24,000 nucleotides of DNA from Geminicoccaceae bacterium (lineage in GTDB: Bacteria > Pseudomonadota > Alphaproteobacteria > Geminicoccales > Geminicoccaceae): the NCBI GenBank assembly GCA_050485385.1, contig JBJHBG010000005.1:5920-29919 (forward strand), in the 5' to 3' direction. The translations under genes and the position numbers were made by a program. The notes beneath the pieces were generated by a model that was given only the letters and a program-made list of their open reading frames with translations, did not search any database and was not told where the DNA came from. Positions 1-8,518 of the stretch are shown here, one piece after another. Position 1 is the first letter of the stretch; each line of letters begins with the position of its first letter.

Positions 1-5
1 CGGCC

Positions 6-1010
6 TTACCCGGCGGTGAGCAGGTCGCGGTAGCGTTCGGCGAGTTCGGCGGTGGCGCGGGCCGACGCCATGGCCGTCTCCTCGCCGGCGATGCTGATGA
101 ACTCGGCCGGCAGCCCGGTCGCCGTCATGCGCTCGGTGAACTCCGGATCCTCCAGCACCTGCACCATGGTGGAGCGGATGACTTCCATCTCCTCCGGGAA
201 GTCGGCGATGGTCTGGCCGTGGATCGCCCAGGAGCGAGCGGAGGTGAGCGACGGCACGTCGACGCCGAGCGCCGCATTGGCCGAGGGCGCGTTGTTGGAG
301 CGCTCCGGCAACGGGTTCTCGTCGAGGAACACGCAAAGCGTGCGCACCTGCTCGCCGAGCGTCAGCACGATCCCCATGGGCAGGGCGCAGGCGTCGACCT
401 CGCCGGTGATCGCCGCCATGGCCGAGGGGTTGCCGCCGCCATAGGGGATCAGGTTGAACTGCGCGCCGGTCGCCTCGCCCAGCGACAGGGTGCAGATCGA
501 GGCCGGGTGGGGCAGACGGCTCTTCGAGATGTTCACCGTGCGCTGCCGGCCGGTCTCGACGAGTTGCTCGATGCTCTGGATCGGTGAGTTGGCGCCGGTG
601 AAGATGCACATCGGCTCTTCGACGAACTGCTGGATGTAGACGAAGTCCTCGCCGACCCTGATATGCGGGGCCTGCAACGTCAGCATCAGCACCTCGGGGC
701 CGATATAGGTGTTGAGCAGATGGTGGGGGTCGGGCTCGACCCGCTGCAGATAGTGCTCGTAGCCGACCTGCCCGGCGGCGCCGGGGAAGAAGCCGAACTC
801 GAAGTTGGTATCGAGATACTTCTGCCAGACTTGGCAGAAGATGCGGGCGTCGCGGTCGGCGCCGCCGCCCTCGCCGGTCGGCGTGGTGATCGACATGTTC
901 CGCGCGGGAAAGGTGTTGCCGAACGCGCCGCGCGCGAACGGCAGGCCGGCGAGCCCGAGGGCGCCGGCGGCGGCGAAGGTGCGCCTGGACAGGGGAAGGC
1001 TGCGGGTCAT
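6..1010 (-). CDS. tctC: TTT periplasmic substrate-binding protein, TctC/Bug family (paralog 1)
   Basis: Complete 334-aa ORF with its TAA stop at 6-8. The N-terminus MTRSLPLSRRTFAAAGALGLAGLPFARG looks like an export (Tat/Sec-like) signal. The body has the Bug/TctC pattern (FCQVWQKYL..FEFGFFPGAAGQVGY; FNLIPYGGGNPSAMAAITGEVDA). A GGGAG RBS lies about 7 nt upstream of the ATG at 1010-1008. It is clearly paralogous to the next gene. Confidence 0.85.
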   Translation of the reverse strand: MTRSLPLSRRTFAAAGALGLAGLPFARGAFGNTFPARNMSITTPTGEGGGADRDARIFCQVWQKYLDTNFEFGFFPGAAGQVGYEHYLQRVEPDPHHLLNTYIGPEVLMLTLQAPHIRVGEDFVYIQQFVEEPMCIFTGANSPIQSIEQLVETGRQRTVNISKSRLPHPASICTLSLGEATGAQFNLIPYGGGNPSAMAAITGEVDACALPMGIVLTLGEQVRTLCVFLDENPLPERSNNAPSANAALGVDVPSLTSARSWAIHGQTIADFPEEMEVIRSTMVQVLEDPEFTERMTATGLPAEFISIAGEETAMASARATAELAERYRDLLTAG

Positions 1011-1038
1011 GGTTCGCTCCCTACGTCGTTGGTACTTG

Positions 1039-1077
1039 CCGACGGTCCGGCGCAGGCAGCCCGCGCCGGACCGTCGG
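1039..1077 (-). other. Intercistronic perfect stem-loop (15-bp stem, 9-nt loop) between the two tctC paralogs
   Basis: 1039-1053 CCGACGGTCCGGCGC is the exact reverse complement of 1063-1077 GCGCCGGACCGTCGG. The hairpin starts 12 nt after the upstream gene's stop codon (1090-1092) on the - strand. No U-tract follows, so I cannot decide between a terminator and an mRNA-stabilising or processing hairpin. Confidence 0.6.
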
Positions 1078-1089
1078 AGGATCGTTGGG

Positions 1090-2106
1090 TCAGGCGGTGA
1101 TCAGGTCGCGGTACTGGTTGGCGAGGTCGATCGTCTGGCGAACGATCCGCATCGCCTGTTCCTCACCCTGAAACGACACCGCCTCGAACGGCACGCCGCT
1201 ACGCGCGTAGACCTCTTCCAGTTCGGGATCCTCGAACACCTTCGGTAAGGTCTCTTCGATGACCGCGCGCACGTCGGCGTCGTTCTCCCAGACCTCGGTG
1301 TGGATCGCGAGACCGGTGTTGTGCTCCAGTTCCGGAAGATCGAGCCCGAACACTTCGTTGGCGGTCGGCGGATTGCCCATCTGCGGATTCAGCGCCGCAT
1401 CGTACTTGAACGTGCAGAGCACCCGAAGCTGGTCGCCGAGTTGGATCGCCTGGTTGGCGGTGGTGGCGGCGGCGTCGACCTCGCCCGTGATCGCCGCCAT
1501 GGTCGTCGGGTTGCCGCCGGCGAAGGGGATCAGATTGAAGCTGGCGCCCAACTCGTCGGCGAGGGCGAGCGCGCCGATGGTAGCCGGATGCGGCAGGCGG
1601 CTGGTCGAGACGCTGATGGTCCGCCGGCGCCCTTCCTCGACCAGATCCTCGATGGTCTGGAAGGGGCTGTCCCGGCCGACGAAGATCACCATCGGCACGC
1701 CGCCGGTGCTGGCGATGTACGTGATGTCCTCCGGAATGCGGTAGTTCGGCCGCTGGGTGACGTACATGATCACCTCCGGGCCGATGTTGCCGAACAGGAG
1801 GTTGTGGCCGTCCCGCTCCTTCCGGTGGACGTAGACCTCGTAGCCCGCTTGACCGGCGGCACCCGGATAGAATTCGAACTCGAACTCGACGCCCAGTTGC
1901 TTGCGCCACACCTGGGTAAAGTTGCGGGCGTGGTTCTCGACGCCGCCGCCGACGTTGGTCGGGCAGACGATGGTGATGTTGCGCGACGGGTAGCTCCGGG
2001 CGAACGCCGGCCGGATGATCGACGGCGCGAACACACCGGCGCCGAGCGCCGCGGTGCCCTTCACCAGCGACCGCCGCGACACCCCACCCCCGAGGATTCG
2101 GGTCAT
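1090..2106 (-). CDS. tctC: TTT periplasmic substrate-binding protein, TctC/Bug family (paralog 2)
   Basis: The track ORF 1090-2379 is trimmed to the internal ATG at 2106-2104. That start gives MTRILGGGVSRRSLVKGTAALGAGVFAPSIIRPAFA, a twin-arginine-like signal, and is preceded by a GGGAGG RBS. The resulting 338 aa is typical for TctC. It shares the motifs of paralog 1 (FTQVWRKQL..FEFEFYPGAAGQAGY; FNLIPFAGGNPTTMAAITGEVDA). Confidence 0.85.
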   Translation of the reverse strand: MTRILGGGVSRRSLVKGTAALGAGVFAPSIIRPAFARSYPSRNITIVCPTNVGGGVENHARNFTQVWRKQLGVEFEFEFYPGAAGQAGYEVYVHRKERDGHNLLFGNIGPEVIMYVTQRPNYRIPEDITYIASTGGVPMVIFVGRDSPFQTIEDLVEEGRRRTISVSTSRLPHPATIGALALADELGASFNLIPFAGGNPTTMAAITGEVDAAATTANQAIQLGDQLRVLCTFKYDAALNPQMGNPPTANEVFGLDLPELEHNTGLAIHTEVWENDADVRAVIEETLPKVFEDPELEEVYARSGVPFEAVSFQGEEQAMRIVRQTIDLANQYRDLITA

Positions 2107-2240
2107 GCTTGCCTCCCTGATCGTGTCCGCCGGTGGGTCGTTCGGCTCGGCCGGCAGACGTTGGCCTCTCCCTTGGCTTCGGTGCTTGCCATCGACCGGG
2201 TCGGTGGTGCCCGGCGACAGCGAGACGGTCGCATTGGAAA

Positions 2241-2284
2241 AATCGATATTCCGATGCGCCCAAAGCAGTTCTCGACAATATCGC
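2241..2284. promoter_or_regulatory. AT-rich patch with inverted heptamers CGATATT / AATATCG upstream of tctC paralog 2; candidate operator
   Basis: CGATATT at 2244-2250 and its reverse complement AATATCG at 2277-2283 are 26 nt apart. They lie in the 205-bp gap between the GntR stop (2312) and the tctC start (2106). The 9-mer ATCGATATT (2242-2250) recurs at 3082-3090 in the divergent promoter region. Confidence 0.3.
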
Positions 2285-2311
2285 GCGTGCGTCACGAATG
2301 CAACGCCGCGG

Positions 2312-2995
2312 TCATCCGGCCGCCACGGCTGCGCCGAGCGACGGCCGGAGGAACCGTCCGGTACGCGTGTAGTGGGCAATCAGGAGGGCCGCCGCCGCGT
2401 CGGCGTTGCGGTCGAGCGTCGCTTCCATGATGGCGCGATGCTCGTTGGTGACGTCGCGGCTGGGATGAGCGGCGAGGCCGGCGAGGCGGCGATAGCGGAT
2501 ATTCTGGTCGTAGAGCTGGTCGCAGTAGCGCAGCAGGATCGACGAACCGCAGGCAGCGATCAGCGCCGCGTGGAAGGATTTGTGATGCACCTCCCAGTCG
2601 GGGTTCTCGACGAAGCGGTCGGGCGACTGCGAACGGGGCGCCCTGGACAGGCGATAGAACGCCAGCACGATGCGCTCCTCCCACTCGGTCCCGCCATGGG
2701 CGATCGATTCGCGCAGGGCCCGTTCCTCCAGCCAGCAGCGGGTACGCAACAGCTCCTCGAACTCGCCCTCGCTGACGTCCACCACGCGAAAGCCACGCTG
2801 ATCGGCGCGTTCGACGAGGCCGTCGGCAACCAGCAGCGTCAGCGCCTCGCGGATCGGCCCCGCACCGATACCGTAGCGGTCGCGCAGCTCCTCGACCTTC
2901 AGCTTGCGTGCGGGTGGCAGGACGCCGGACAGGATGTCGGCGCGAAAGCGCGCATAGGCCTGACTGGTCAACGATCCGTTCGCTTCGACCAGCAT
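2312..2995 (-). CDS. GntR-family transcriptional regulator with an FCD (FadR C-terminal type) ligand domain
   Basis: The start is trimmed to the ATG at 2995-2993 (MLVEANGSLTSQAYARFRADILSG..), giving 227 aa. The N-terminal winged HTH (KLKVEELRDRYGIGAGPIREALTLLVADGLVE) is the GntR signature. The helical C-terminal half has the His/Asp-rich pattern typical of FCD domains. The TGA stop is at 2312-2314. Confidence 0.85.
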   Translation of the reverse strand: MLVEANGSLTSQAYARFRADILSGVLPPARKLKVEELRDRYGIGAGPIREALTLLVADGLVERADQRGFRVVDVSEGEFEELLRTRCWLEERALRESIAHGGTEWEERIVLAFYRLSRAPRSQSPDRFVENPDWEVHHKSFHAALIAACGSSILLRYCDQLYDQNIRYRRLAGLAAHPSRDVTNEHRAIMEATLDRNADAAAALLIAHYTRTGRFLRPSLGAAVAAG

Positions 2996-3063
2996 GGTTC
3001 CACCCTTTCCGATTCGGCGTCGCCGGTGCACGGGTACAGTGATGGTTCTCATAGCTTCCGCGT

Positions 3064-3093
3064 TTGACACCTGTCAATTTTATCGATATTTCC
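3064..3093 (+). promoter_or_regulatory. Candidate sigma70-type promoter (TTGACA-N17-TATTTC) overlapping a perfect inverted repeat TTGACA-CC-TGTCAA and an ATCGATATT motif
   Basis: TTGACA is at 3064-3069 and TGTCAA at 3072-3077; these are exact reverse complements. TATTTC at 3087-3092 follows the TTGACA after a 17-nt spacer. TATCGATA at 3081-3088 is an 8-bp palindrome. The site lies in the divergent gap between the GntR start (2995) and the FAH start (3127). No transcript data are available. Confidence 0.4.
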
Positions 3094-3126
3094 GTGCTAA
3101 CGATCAGAAAAACGAGGATATGGCAC

Positions 3127-4011
3127 GTGCGGCTGATGGCTTTCGCCACCGATCACGGCAACGGTCTTGCGGCCCTCGTCGACGACGAGGCCGTCGATCT
3201 CGCCAAGCTGGGCAACGGTGCCCCCGCTACTCTGGAGGGGCTGTTCGCCTTGGCGCCGTCCGACCGCGAGCGGTTGGCGGCGGCCGTGGCGGCAGCGCCG
3301 GCCGCCTCGCGCATGACCGTGGCGAACCTGCGCCCGGCGCTGCCCGTCGCCCGACCGGGCAAGATCCTGTGCATGGGGCTGAACTATGCCGAGCACGCCA
3401 AGGAGGGCGGCAACGCGGTCCCCTCCTATCCGGCACTGTTCATGCGCGGCCTGACGAGCCTCCTGCCGGCGGAGGCGCCGGTCGTGCGGCCGGCCTGCTC
3501 CGAGCAGCTCGACTACGAGGCGGAGCTGATGGTCGTGGTGGGCCGCACCGCCCGCCACGTGGCCGAGGCCGACGCGCTCGATCACGTTTTCGGCTACACG
3601 CTGTTCAACGACGTGTCGGTTCGCGACTACCAGCGCCGCAGCGCGCAGTGGACGCCGGGCAAGAACTTCGACGCCACCGGCCCGGTCGGCCCTGTGGTCG
3701 TCACCACGGACGAGCTGCCGCCGGGTGCGGCGGGCCTCCGCATCCAAAGCCGGCTCAACGGCGAGGTCATGCAGGACGGCAACACCGACGACATGATCTT
3801 TCCGGTCGCCCGCATGATCGCGATCCTCTCGGAGTTCACCACCCTGGAGCCGGGCGACCTGATCGCCACCGGCACGCCCTCGGGCGTCGGCCACGCACGC
3901 CGCCCGCCGGTCTGGATGAAGCCCGGCGACGTGGTCGAGATCGAGATCGAGGGCCTCGGCGTGCTGCGCAACCCGATCGTCGCCGAAGCGACCGCCGCGA
4001 GCGCAGCCTGA
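3127..4011 (+). CDS. Fumarylacetoacetate hydrolase (FAH) family protein (2-keto-4-pentenoate hydratase / diketo-acid hydrolase type)
   Basis: I chose the GTG start at 3127 (VRLMAFATDHGNG..) because a GAGGA RBS sits at 3114-3118. An ATG at 3136 is the alternative. FAH-fold motifs are present: GKILCMGLNYAEHAKE, LDYEAELMVVVG, FGYTLFNDVSVRD, WTPGKNFD and GDLIATGTPSGVG. Confidence 0.85.
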   Translation: MRLMAFATDHGNGLAALVDDEAVDLAKLGNGAPATLEGLFALAPSDRERLAAAVAAAPAASRMTVANLRPALPVARPGKILCMGLNYAEHAKEGGNAVPSYPALFMRGLTSLLPAEAPVVRPACSEQLDYEAELMVVVGRTARHVAEADALDHVFGYTLFNDVSVRDYQRRSAQWTPGKNFDATGPVGPVVVTTDELPPGAAGLRIQSRLNGEVMQDGNTDDMIFPVARMIAILSEFTTLEPGDLIATGTPSGVGHARRPPVWMKPGDVVEIEIEGLGVLRNPIVAEATAASAA

Positions 4012-4047
4012 GCGTAACTTTTGACCTTAACTGCGAGGACCAAGGCG

Positions 4048-5034
<987 letters not shown>

Positions 5035-5096
5035 CCCCAACGGGCGCTGGCTGCCATGCCGGCCTTGCCCCAACCGAATCAGGGAGGCCAACCCCC

Positions 5097-6029
5097 ATGC
5101 CCCAAGGCAGCTACACCGCCCCCGACGTGGAGGTGAAGAGCGAGGAGTACGTCGCCAAGAAGGGCGACGTCGACCTCTACGTCTTCCGCAAATTCGCGCC
5201 GGCCGTCGCGCGGCGCGGCGTTCTGGTCCTCGTCCACGGCTCGTCCGTCTCGGCGCGCACCTCCTACGACCTCGATGCCGGCGATCTCGGCGAATACTCG
5301 GTCATGAACGTCTTCGCCCGCTGGGGCTGGGACGTCTGGACGATGGACCACGAGGGCTACGGCCGTTCCAGCCGCACGCCCGGCTTCTCCTACATCAAGG
5401 ACGGCGTGGAGGACCTGCGCGCCGCCATGCCCATCGTCGAGGAGCAGACCGGCCAGACCACTTATGCCTTCTTCGGCACCTCCTCCGGCGCGATTCGTGC
5501 CGGGGCCTTCTGCAACGCCTGTCCGGAGCGGGTCGAGCGGCTGGTGGTGTCGGCCTTCCCCTGGACCGGCAAGGACGCACCGTCCCTGATCAAGCGGCGG
5601 CAGCGTCTCGACGAATGGCAGGCGACCAACCGTCGTCAAGTCGATGCCGACTACTACAAGCAGATGCTCACCCGCGACATCGTCGGCCTCACCGAGCCGC
5701 AAATGGGCGAGATCGTCGCTGCCAACGAGCTGAAGAACGGCGGCGACAGCGTGCCGAACGGCACCTACGTCGACATGTGCATCAACCTGCCGCTGGTCGA
5801 CCCCGAGACGATCACCTGCCCGGTCTTGATGATTCGGGCGGAGCACGACGGCATCACGACCGACGAGGACAACGCCGCCTTCTATGCTCGGCTGCCGACC
5901 AAGGACAAGCACTTCGTCATGATGTCGGGCCAAGCCCACAACATCACCTTCGGCGTGAATCGCCACCGGTTCTGGTACGCCTTGCGTTCGTTCCTGGAGT
6001 TTCCGGCCAGGGTCGATAATTTGCAGTGA
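5097..6029 (+). CDS. Alpha/beta-fold hydrolase (substrate unknown)
   Basis: 310-aa ORF with a GGGAGG RBS upstream of the ATG at 5097. It has an HG oxyanion-type motif (LVLVHGSS), a nucleophile elbow G-x-S-x-G (FGTSSGA), a late acidic residue (RAEHDG) and a His (GQAHN), in the order expected for a Ser-Asp-His triad. Confidence 0.8.
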   Translation: MPQGSYTAPDVEVKSEEYVAKKGDVDLYVFRKFAPAVARRGVLVLVHGSSVSARTSYDLDAGDLGEYSVMNVFARWGWDVWTMDHEGYGRSSRTPGFSYIKDGVEDLRAAMPIVEEQTGQTTYAFFGTSSGAIRAGAFCNACPERVERLVVSAFPWTGKDAPSLIKRRQRLDEWQATNRRQVDADYYKQMLTRDIVGLTEPQMGEIVAANELKNGGDSVPNGTYVDMCINLPLVDPETITCPVLMIRAEHDGITTDEDNAAFYARLPTKDKHFVMMSGQAHNITFGVNRHRFWYALRSFLEFPARVDNLQ

Positions 6030-6034
6030 CGGAA

Positions 6035-6066
6035 GGGCGGCATTCGGCGCGGTGCGGATGCCGCCC
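6035..6066 (+). other. Stem-loop (9-bp perfect stem, 14-nt loop) just after the hydrolase stop codon
   Basis: GGGCGGCAT at 6035-6043 pairs with ATGCCGCCC at 6058-6066. No U-tract follows. It could be an attenuator or a stabiliser between the hydrolase gene and tctB. Confidence 0.4.
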
Positions 6067-6167
6067 ACAGCGAGGCCGGCGTCCAGAATCCGGCCCGCAT
6101 CAGGGAGGGAAGCAAGCGTGACGCAGCACCGATCCGCGCCAAGTGTGGCCTGCGCCGGGAGCCGGCG

Positions 6168-6683
6168 ATGGCGGTGAACGACGGCGGCGACGCCGCGCGG
6201 CCAAAGCGCCCGCTCGGCCAGGACCTGGTCATCCCACTCGGCGGGGCCGCCTTCGCGGTCTACTACCTGGGGACCGTTTGGGAACTGCCCTGGCAGGCGT
6301 CGTCGACCGGCATCGCGATCATCTCGGCGATGGCGGTGCTCCTGCTGCTCCTCTTCTTTCGCTTCGCCCGCGAGCTGATCCGGGGCGAGGCCGATCTGCG
6401 CTTCGGCGACCTCGTCCATCCCTACCCGGTCTTCGCCCGGCGCGTCGGCGTGCTCCTGCTCGCGCTCGCCTTCATCTATACGATGGCCTATCTCGGCTTC
6501 ACCATCGGCCTGTTCGTGTTCCTCATGCTCGGCTTCGTCCTGCTGTCGGGCTTCGCACATTTGCGCCAGGGCCTGGTGATCGCCGTGCTGGTCTCCATCG
6601 GCGGCTATCTCCTCTTCATCCTCTTCGTTCGCGCGCGCTTCCCTTTGGGGCCGTTCGAGCGGTTCGTCGCGTCGTTCTGGTAG
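6168..6683 (+). CDS. tctB: TTT small membrane subunit, TctB family
   Basis: 171-aa hydrophobic protein with about 4 predicted TM stretches. It sits immediately upstream of tctA, and its TAG stop at 6681-6683 is 12 nt before the tctA ATG. A GGGAG RBS lies 6 nt upstream of the ATG at 6168. Size and position are typical of TctB. Confidence 0.8.
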   Translation: MAVNDGGDAARPKRPLGQDLVIPLGGAAFAVYYLGTVWELPWQASSTGIAIISAMAVLLLLLFFRFARELIRGEADLRFGDLVHPYPVFARRVGVLLLALAFIYTMAYLGFTIGLFVFLMLGFVLLSGFAHLRQGLVIAVLVSIGGYLLFILFVRARFPLGPFERFVASFW

Positions 6684-6695
6684 GCGGAGATCACG

Positions 6696-8207
6696 ATGGG
6701 CTGGGACACGGCGCTCTTCTTGGACCTCTTCGTCCGCTCCCTGTCGTTCTGGTGGGTGATCATCCCGGCGGTGCTGCTCGGCACCGTCGTCGGGGCCGTC
6801 CCCGGCTTCAGCGCGGCCAACACCATCATCATCCTGCTGCCGCTGACCCTCGCCATGGACGTCGAGGCCGCGCTCATCTTCATGATGGCGCTCTACTGCG
6901 CGAGCCAACTCGGCAACGGCATCCCGGCCATCCTCGTCAACATACCGGGGACGGGAGGGGCGGCGGCGACCACCCTCGACGGCTACCCGATGGCGAAGAA
7001 CGGCGAGGGCCAGTACGCGCTGGTCGTCTGCTTCGTCGCGTCCGTGATCGGCGGCCTGATCGGCACCGTTCTGGTGATCGCAGCGCTACCCTGGCTCGCC
7101 CAGGTCGGCTACGTGCTGCACAGCGTCGAGATGGTGGTGATCATGCTGTTCGGCCTGACGCTGATCGCCGCGATCGCCGCCCAGGACATGCTGAAGGGCC
7201 TCTTCGCCGGCATGCTCGGTCTGTTGATCGGCGCCATCGGCACGGACCACGTCTATTCGACGCCGCGCGCCACCTTCGGCTTCATCGAACTCTACGACGG
7301 CGTGCCGCTGGTGCCGGCGCTGATCGGCCTGTTCGCCGTGTCGGAAGCCTTCGTCATGATCGAGCGCTACCGCATCGTCTCCAAGGAGGGCGAGCAGAAG
7401 GCGCGGCACGGCGGTTGGGGCGAGACCATCGGCTACGTCTTCGTTTCGCTCAAGCGGTGGTGGCTCATCACGTGGTCCGCGGTGATCGGCGTGGTGATCG
7501 GCATCATTCCGGGGGCAGGAGCCAGCATCGCCTCGTTCGTCGCCTACCAGCAGGCACGCACCTATTCGCGCGAGCCCAACCGCTTCGGCCATGGCCACCC
7601 CGACGGTGTCGCGGCACCCGAAGCCGCCAACAACGGTGTCACTTCGGGCACGCTCGTGCCGCTGATGGCGATCGGCGTGCCGGGCGGTGCGACCGCCGCG
7701 ATCATGATGATCGTGCTCCAGTACCACGGCGTGACACTAGGGCCGCGGCTGTTCGTCGATCGGCCGGAGTTGGCCTATGGCGTGTTCATCGCCATGTTCG
7801 TCGCCTACGTCTTCATGATCTTCTTGATCCTGCCGCTGGCCCGCTACATGGCGCGGGTCACCCTGGTGCCGACGCATTTCCTGGTGCCGCTGATCATCGG
7901 TTTCACCACGGTCGGCGCCTTCGCGCCACGCGGGTACCTGTTCGACATGGTGCTGGCGCTCGCCTTCGGCGTGCTCGGCTACGTCGCCCGCAAGACCGGT
8001 TACCACGTCACCGCCATCCTGATCGGCATCATCCTCGGCCCCTTGATGGAGCAGTACATGATGCGCGCGCTCAGGATCGCGCAGGGTGACTTCACCGTGT
8101 TCTTCAGCTCGAACATCGGCAACGTGCTCTGGGTAGCGCTCGTGTTCTCGCTGGTGCTGCCCTACTGGCGCGAGCGCCGTCGCCGGGCGCTCGCCCCGGC
8201 CGAGTAG
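6696..8207 (+). CDS. tctA: TTT large permease subunit, TctA family
   Basis: 503-aa polytopic membrane protein with TctA-type motifs: GTVVGAVPGFSAANTIIILLPLT, GIIPGAGASIASFVAY and GIGVPGGATAAIMM. A GGAGA RBS sits at 6686-6690. Confidence 0.9.
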   Translation: MGWDTALFLDLFVRSLSFWWVIIPAVLLGTVVGAVPGFSAANTIIILLPLTLAMDVEAALIFMMALYCASQLGNGIPAILVNIPGTGGAAATTLDGYPMAKNGEGQYALVVCFVASVIGGLIGTVLVIAALPWLAQVGYVLHSVEMVVIMLFGLTLIAAIAAQDMLKGLFAGMLGLLIGAIGTDHVYSTPRATFGFIELYDGVPLVPALIGLFAVSEAFVMIERYRIVSKEGEQKARHGGWGETIGYVFVSLKRWWLITWSAVIGVVIGIIPGAGASIASFVAYQQARTYSREPNRFGHGHPDGVAAPEAANNGVTSGTLVPLMAIGVPGGATAAIMMIVLQYHGVTLGPRLFVDRPELAYGVFIAMFVAYVFMIFLILPLARYMARVTLVPTHFLVPLIIGFTTVGAFAPRGYLFDMVLALAFGVLGYVARKTGYHVTAILIGIILGPLMEQYMMRALRIAQGDFTVFFSSNIGNVLWVALVFSLVLPYWRERRRRALAPAE

Positions 8208-8237
8208 GCCCCTCCACCAACGCGCAGCGACTGCCAT

Positions 8238-8285
8238 GCCCCGGCGCCGTCCTAACCCCTGAACGGGGCTGGATGGCGCCGGGGC
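8238..8285 (+). terminator. GC-rich hairpin downstream of tctA (possible intrinsic terminator without a clear U-tract)
   Basis: GCCCCGGCGCC at 8238-8248 pairs with GGCGCCGGGGC at 8275-8285, giving an 11-bp stem. The loop contains a small inner CCCC/GGGG hairpin. It starts 31 nt after the tctA stop. The downstream sequence TTGCTGCG is only weakly T-rich. Confidence 0.35.
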
Positions 8286-8334
8286 TTGCTGCGTTGGCGT
8301 GCACCCGCGCCAAGCGCGCCCCGCCCGGCTTCGT

Positions 8335-8518
8335 TCAGATTTGCTGATCCTCTGAATAAAATTGCTTTAAACGTTGCTGTAAATTCTTCTTCAATAAGCG
8401 GCGTGATTCAAACAATATATAAACCAATTGAAAGCGAAAACTGTTGTCGCCTTAGGCGTTTATACTTAACAAGCCTTTATACCGCAAGGGTGGCCAATGC
8501 CACCGAGAGGAGAAGGCA
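8335..8518 (+). promoter_or_regulatory. Anomalously AT-rich leader/promoter region upstream of the rpfF-like gene
   Basis: I counted 43 G+C in the 120 nt from 8341 to 8460, about 36%, against GC-rich surroundings. It contains:
- TTGCT three times (8341, 8362, 8374)
- an inverted repeat TTCAGA (8334-8339) / TCTGAA (8351-8356)
- a direct repeat TTTATAC (8459-8465 and 8476-8482)
- a hairpin GGTGGC-CAAT-GCCACC (8489-8504) just before the RBS GAGAGGAGAAGG (8505-8516)
I could not place a convincing -35/-10 pair. Confidence 0.5.

Noticed and set aside
2107-2379. A 91-codon N-terminal extension of tctC paralog 2 (track ORF 1090-2379)
   Set aside because: The extension has no signal-peptide or family features and would run through the regulator's 3' end. 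The internal ATG at 2106 has a GGGAGG RBS and gives a proper export signal and the typical TctC length.
5079-8089. Long overlapping ORFs 5079-6908 (-, 609 aa) and 6143-8089 (+, 648 aa) across the hydrolase/tctB/tctA region
   Set aside because: The translations are biased toward charged residues, Arg and Gly, and have no motifs. They compete with frames that have clear alpha/beta-hydrolase, TctB and TctA signatures and proper RBSs.
5050-8245. A shared 10-mer CTGCCATGCC just downstream of two stop codons (about 5051-5060 after the AKR gene and about 8231-8240 after tctA); possible REP-like element
   Set aside because: There are only two short copies with no extended flanking similarity or shared secondary structure. 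This is compatible with chance in GC-rich DNA, and a whole-genome count would be needed.
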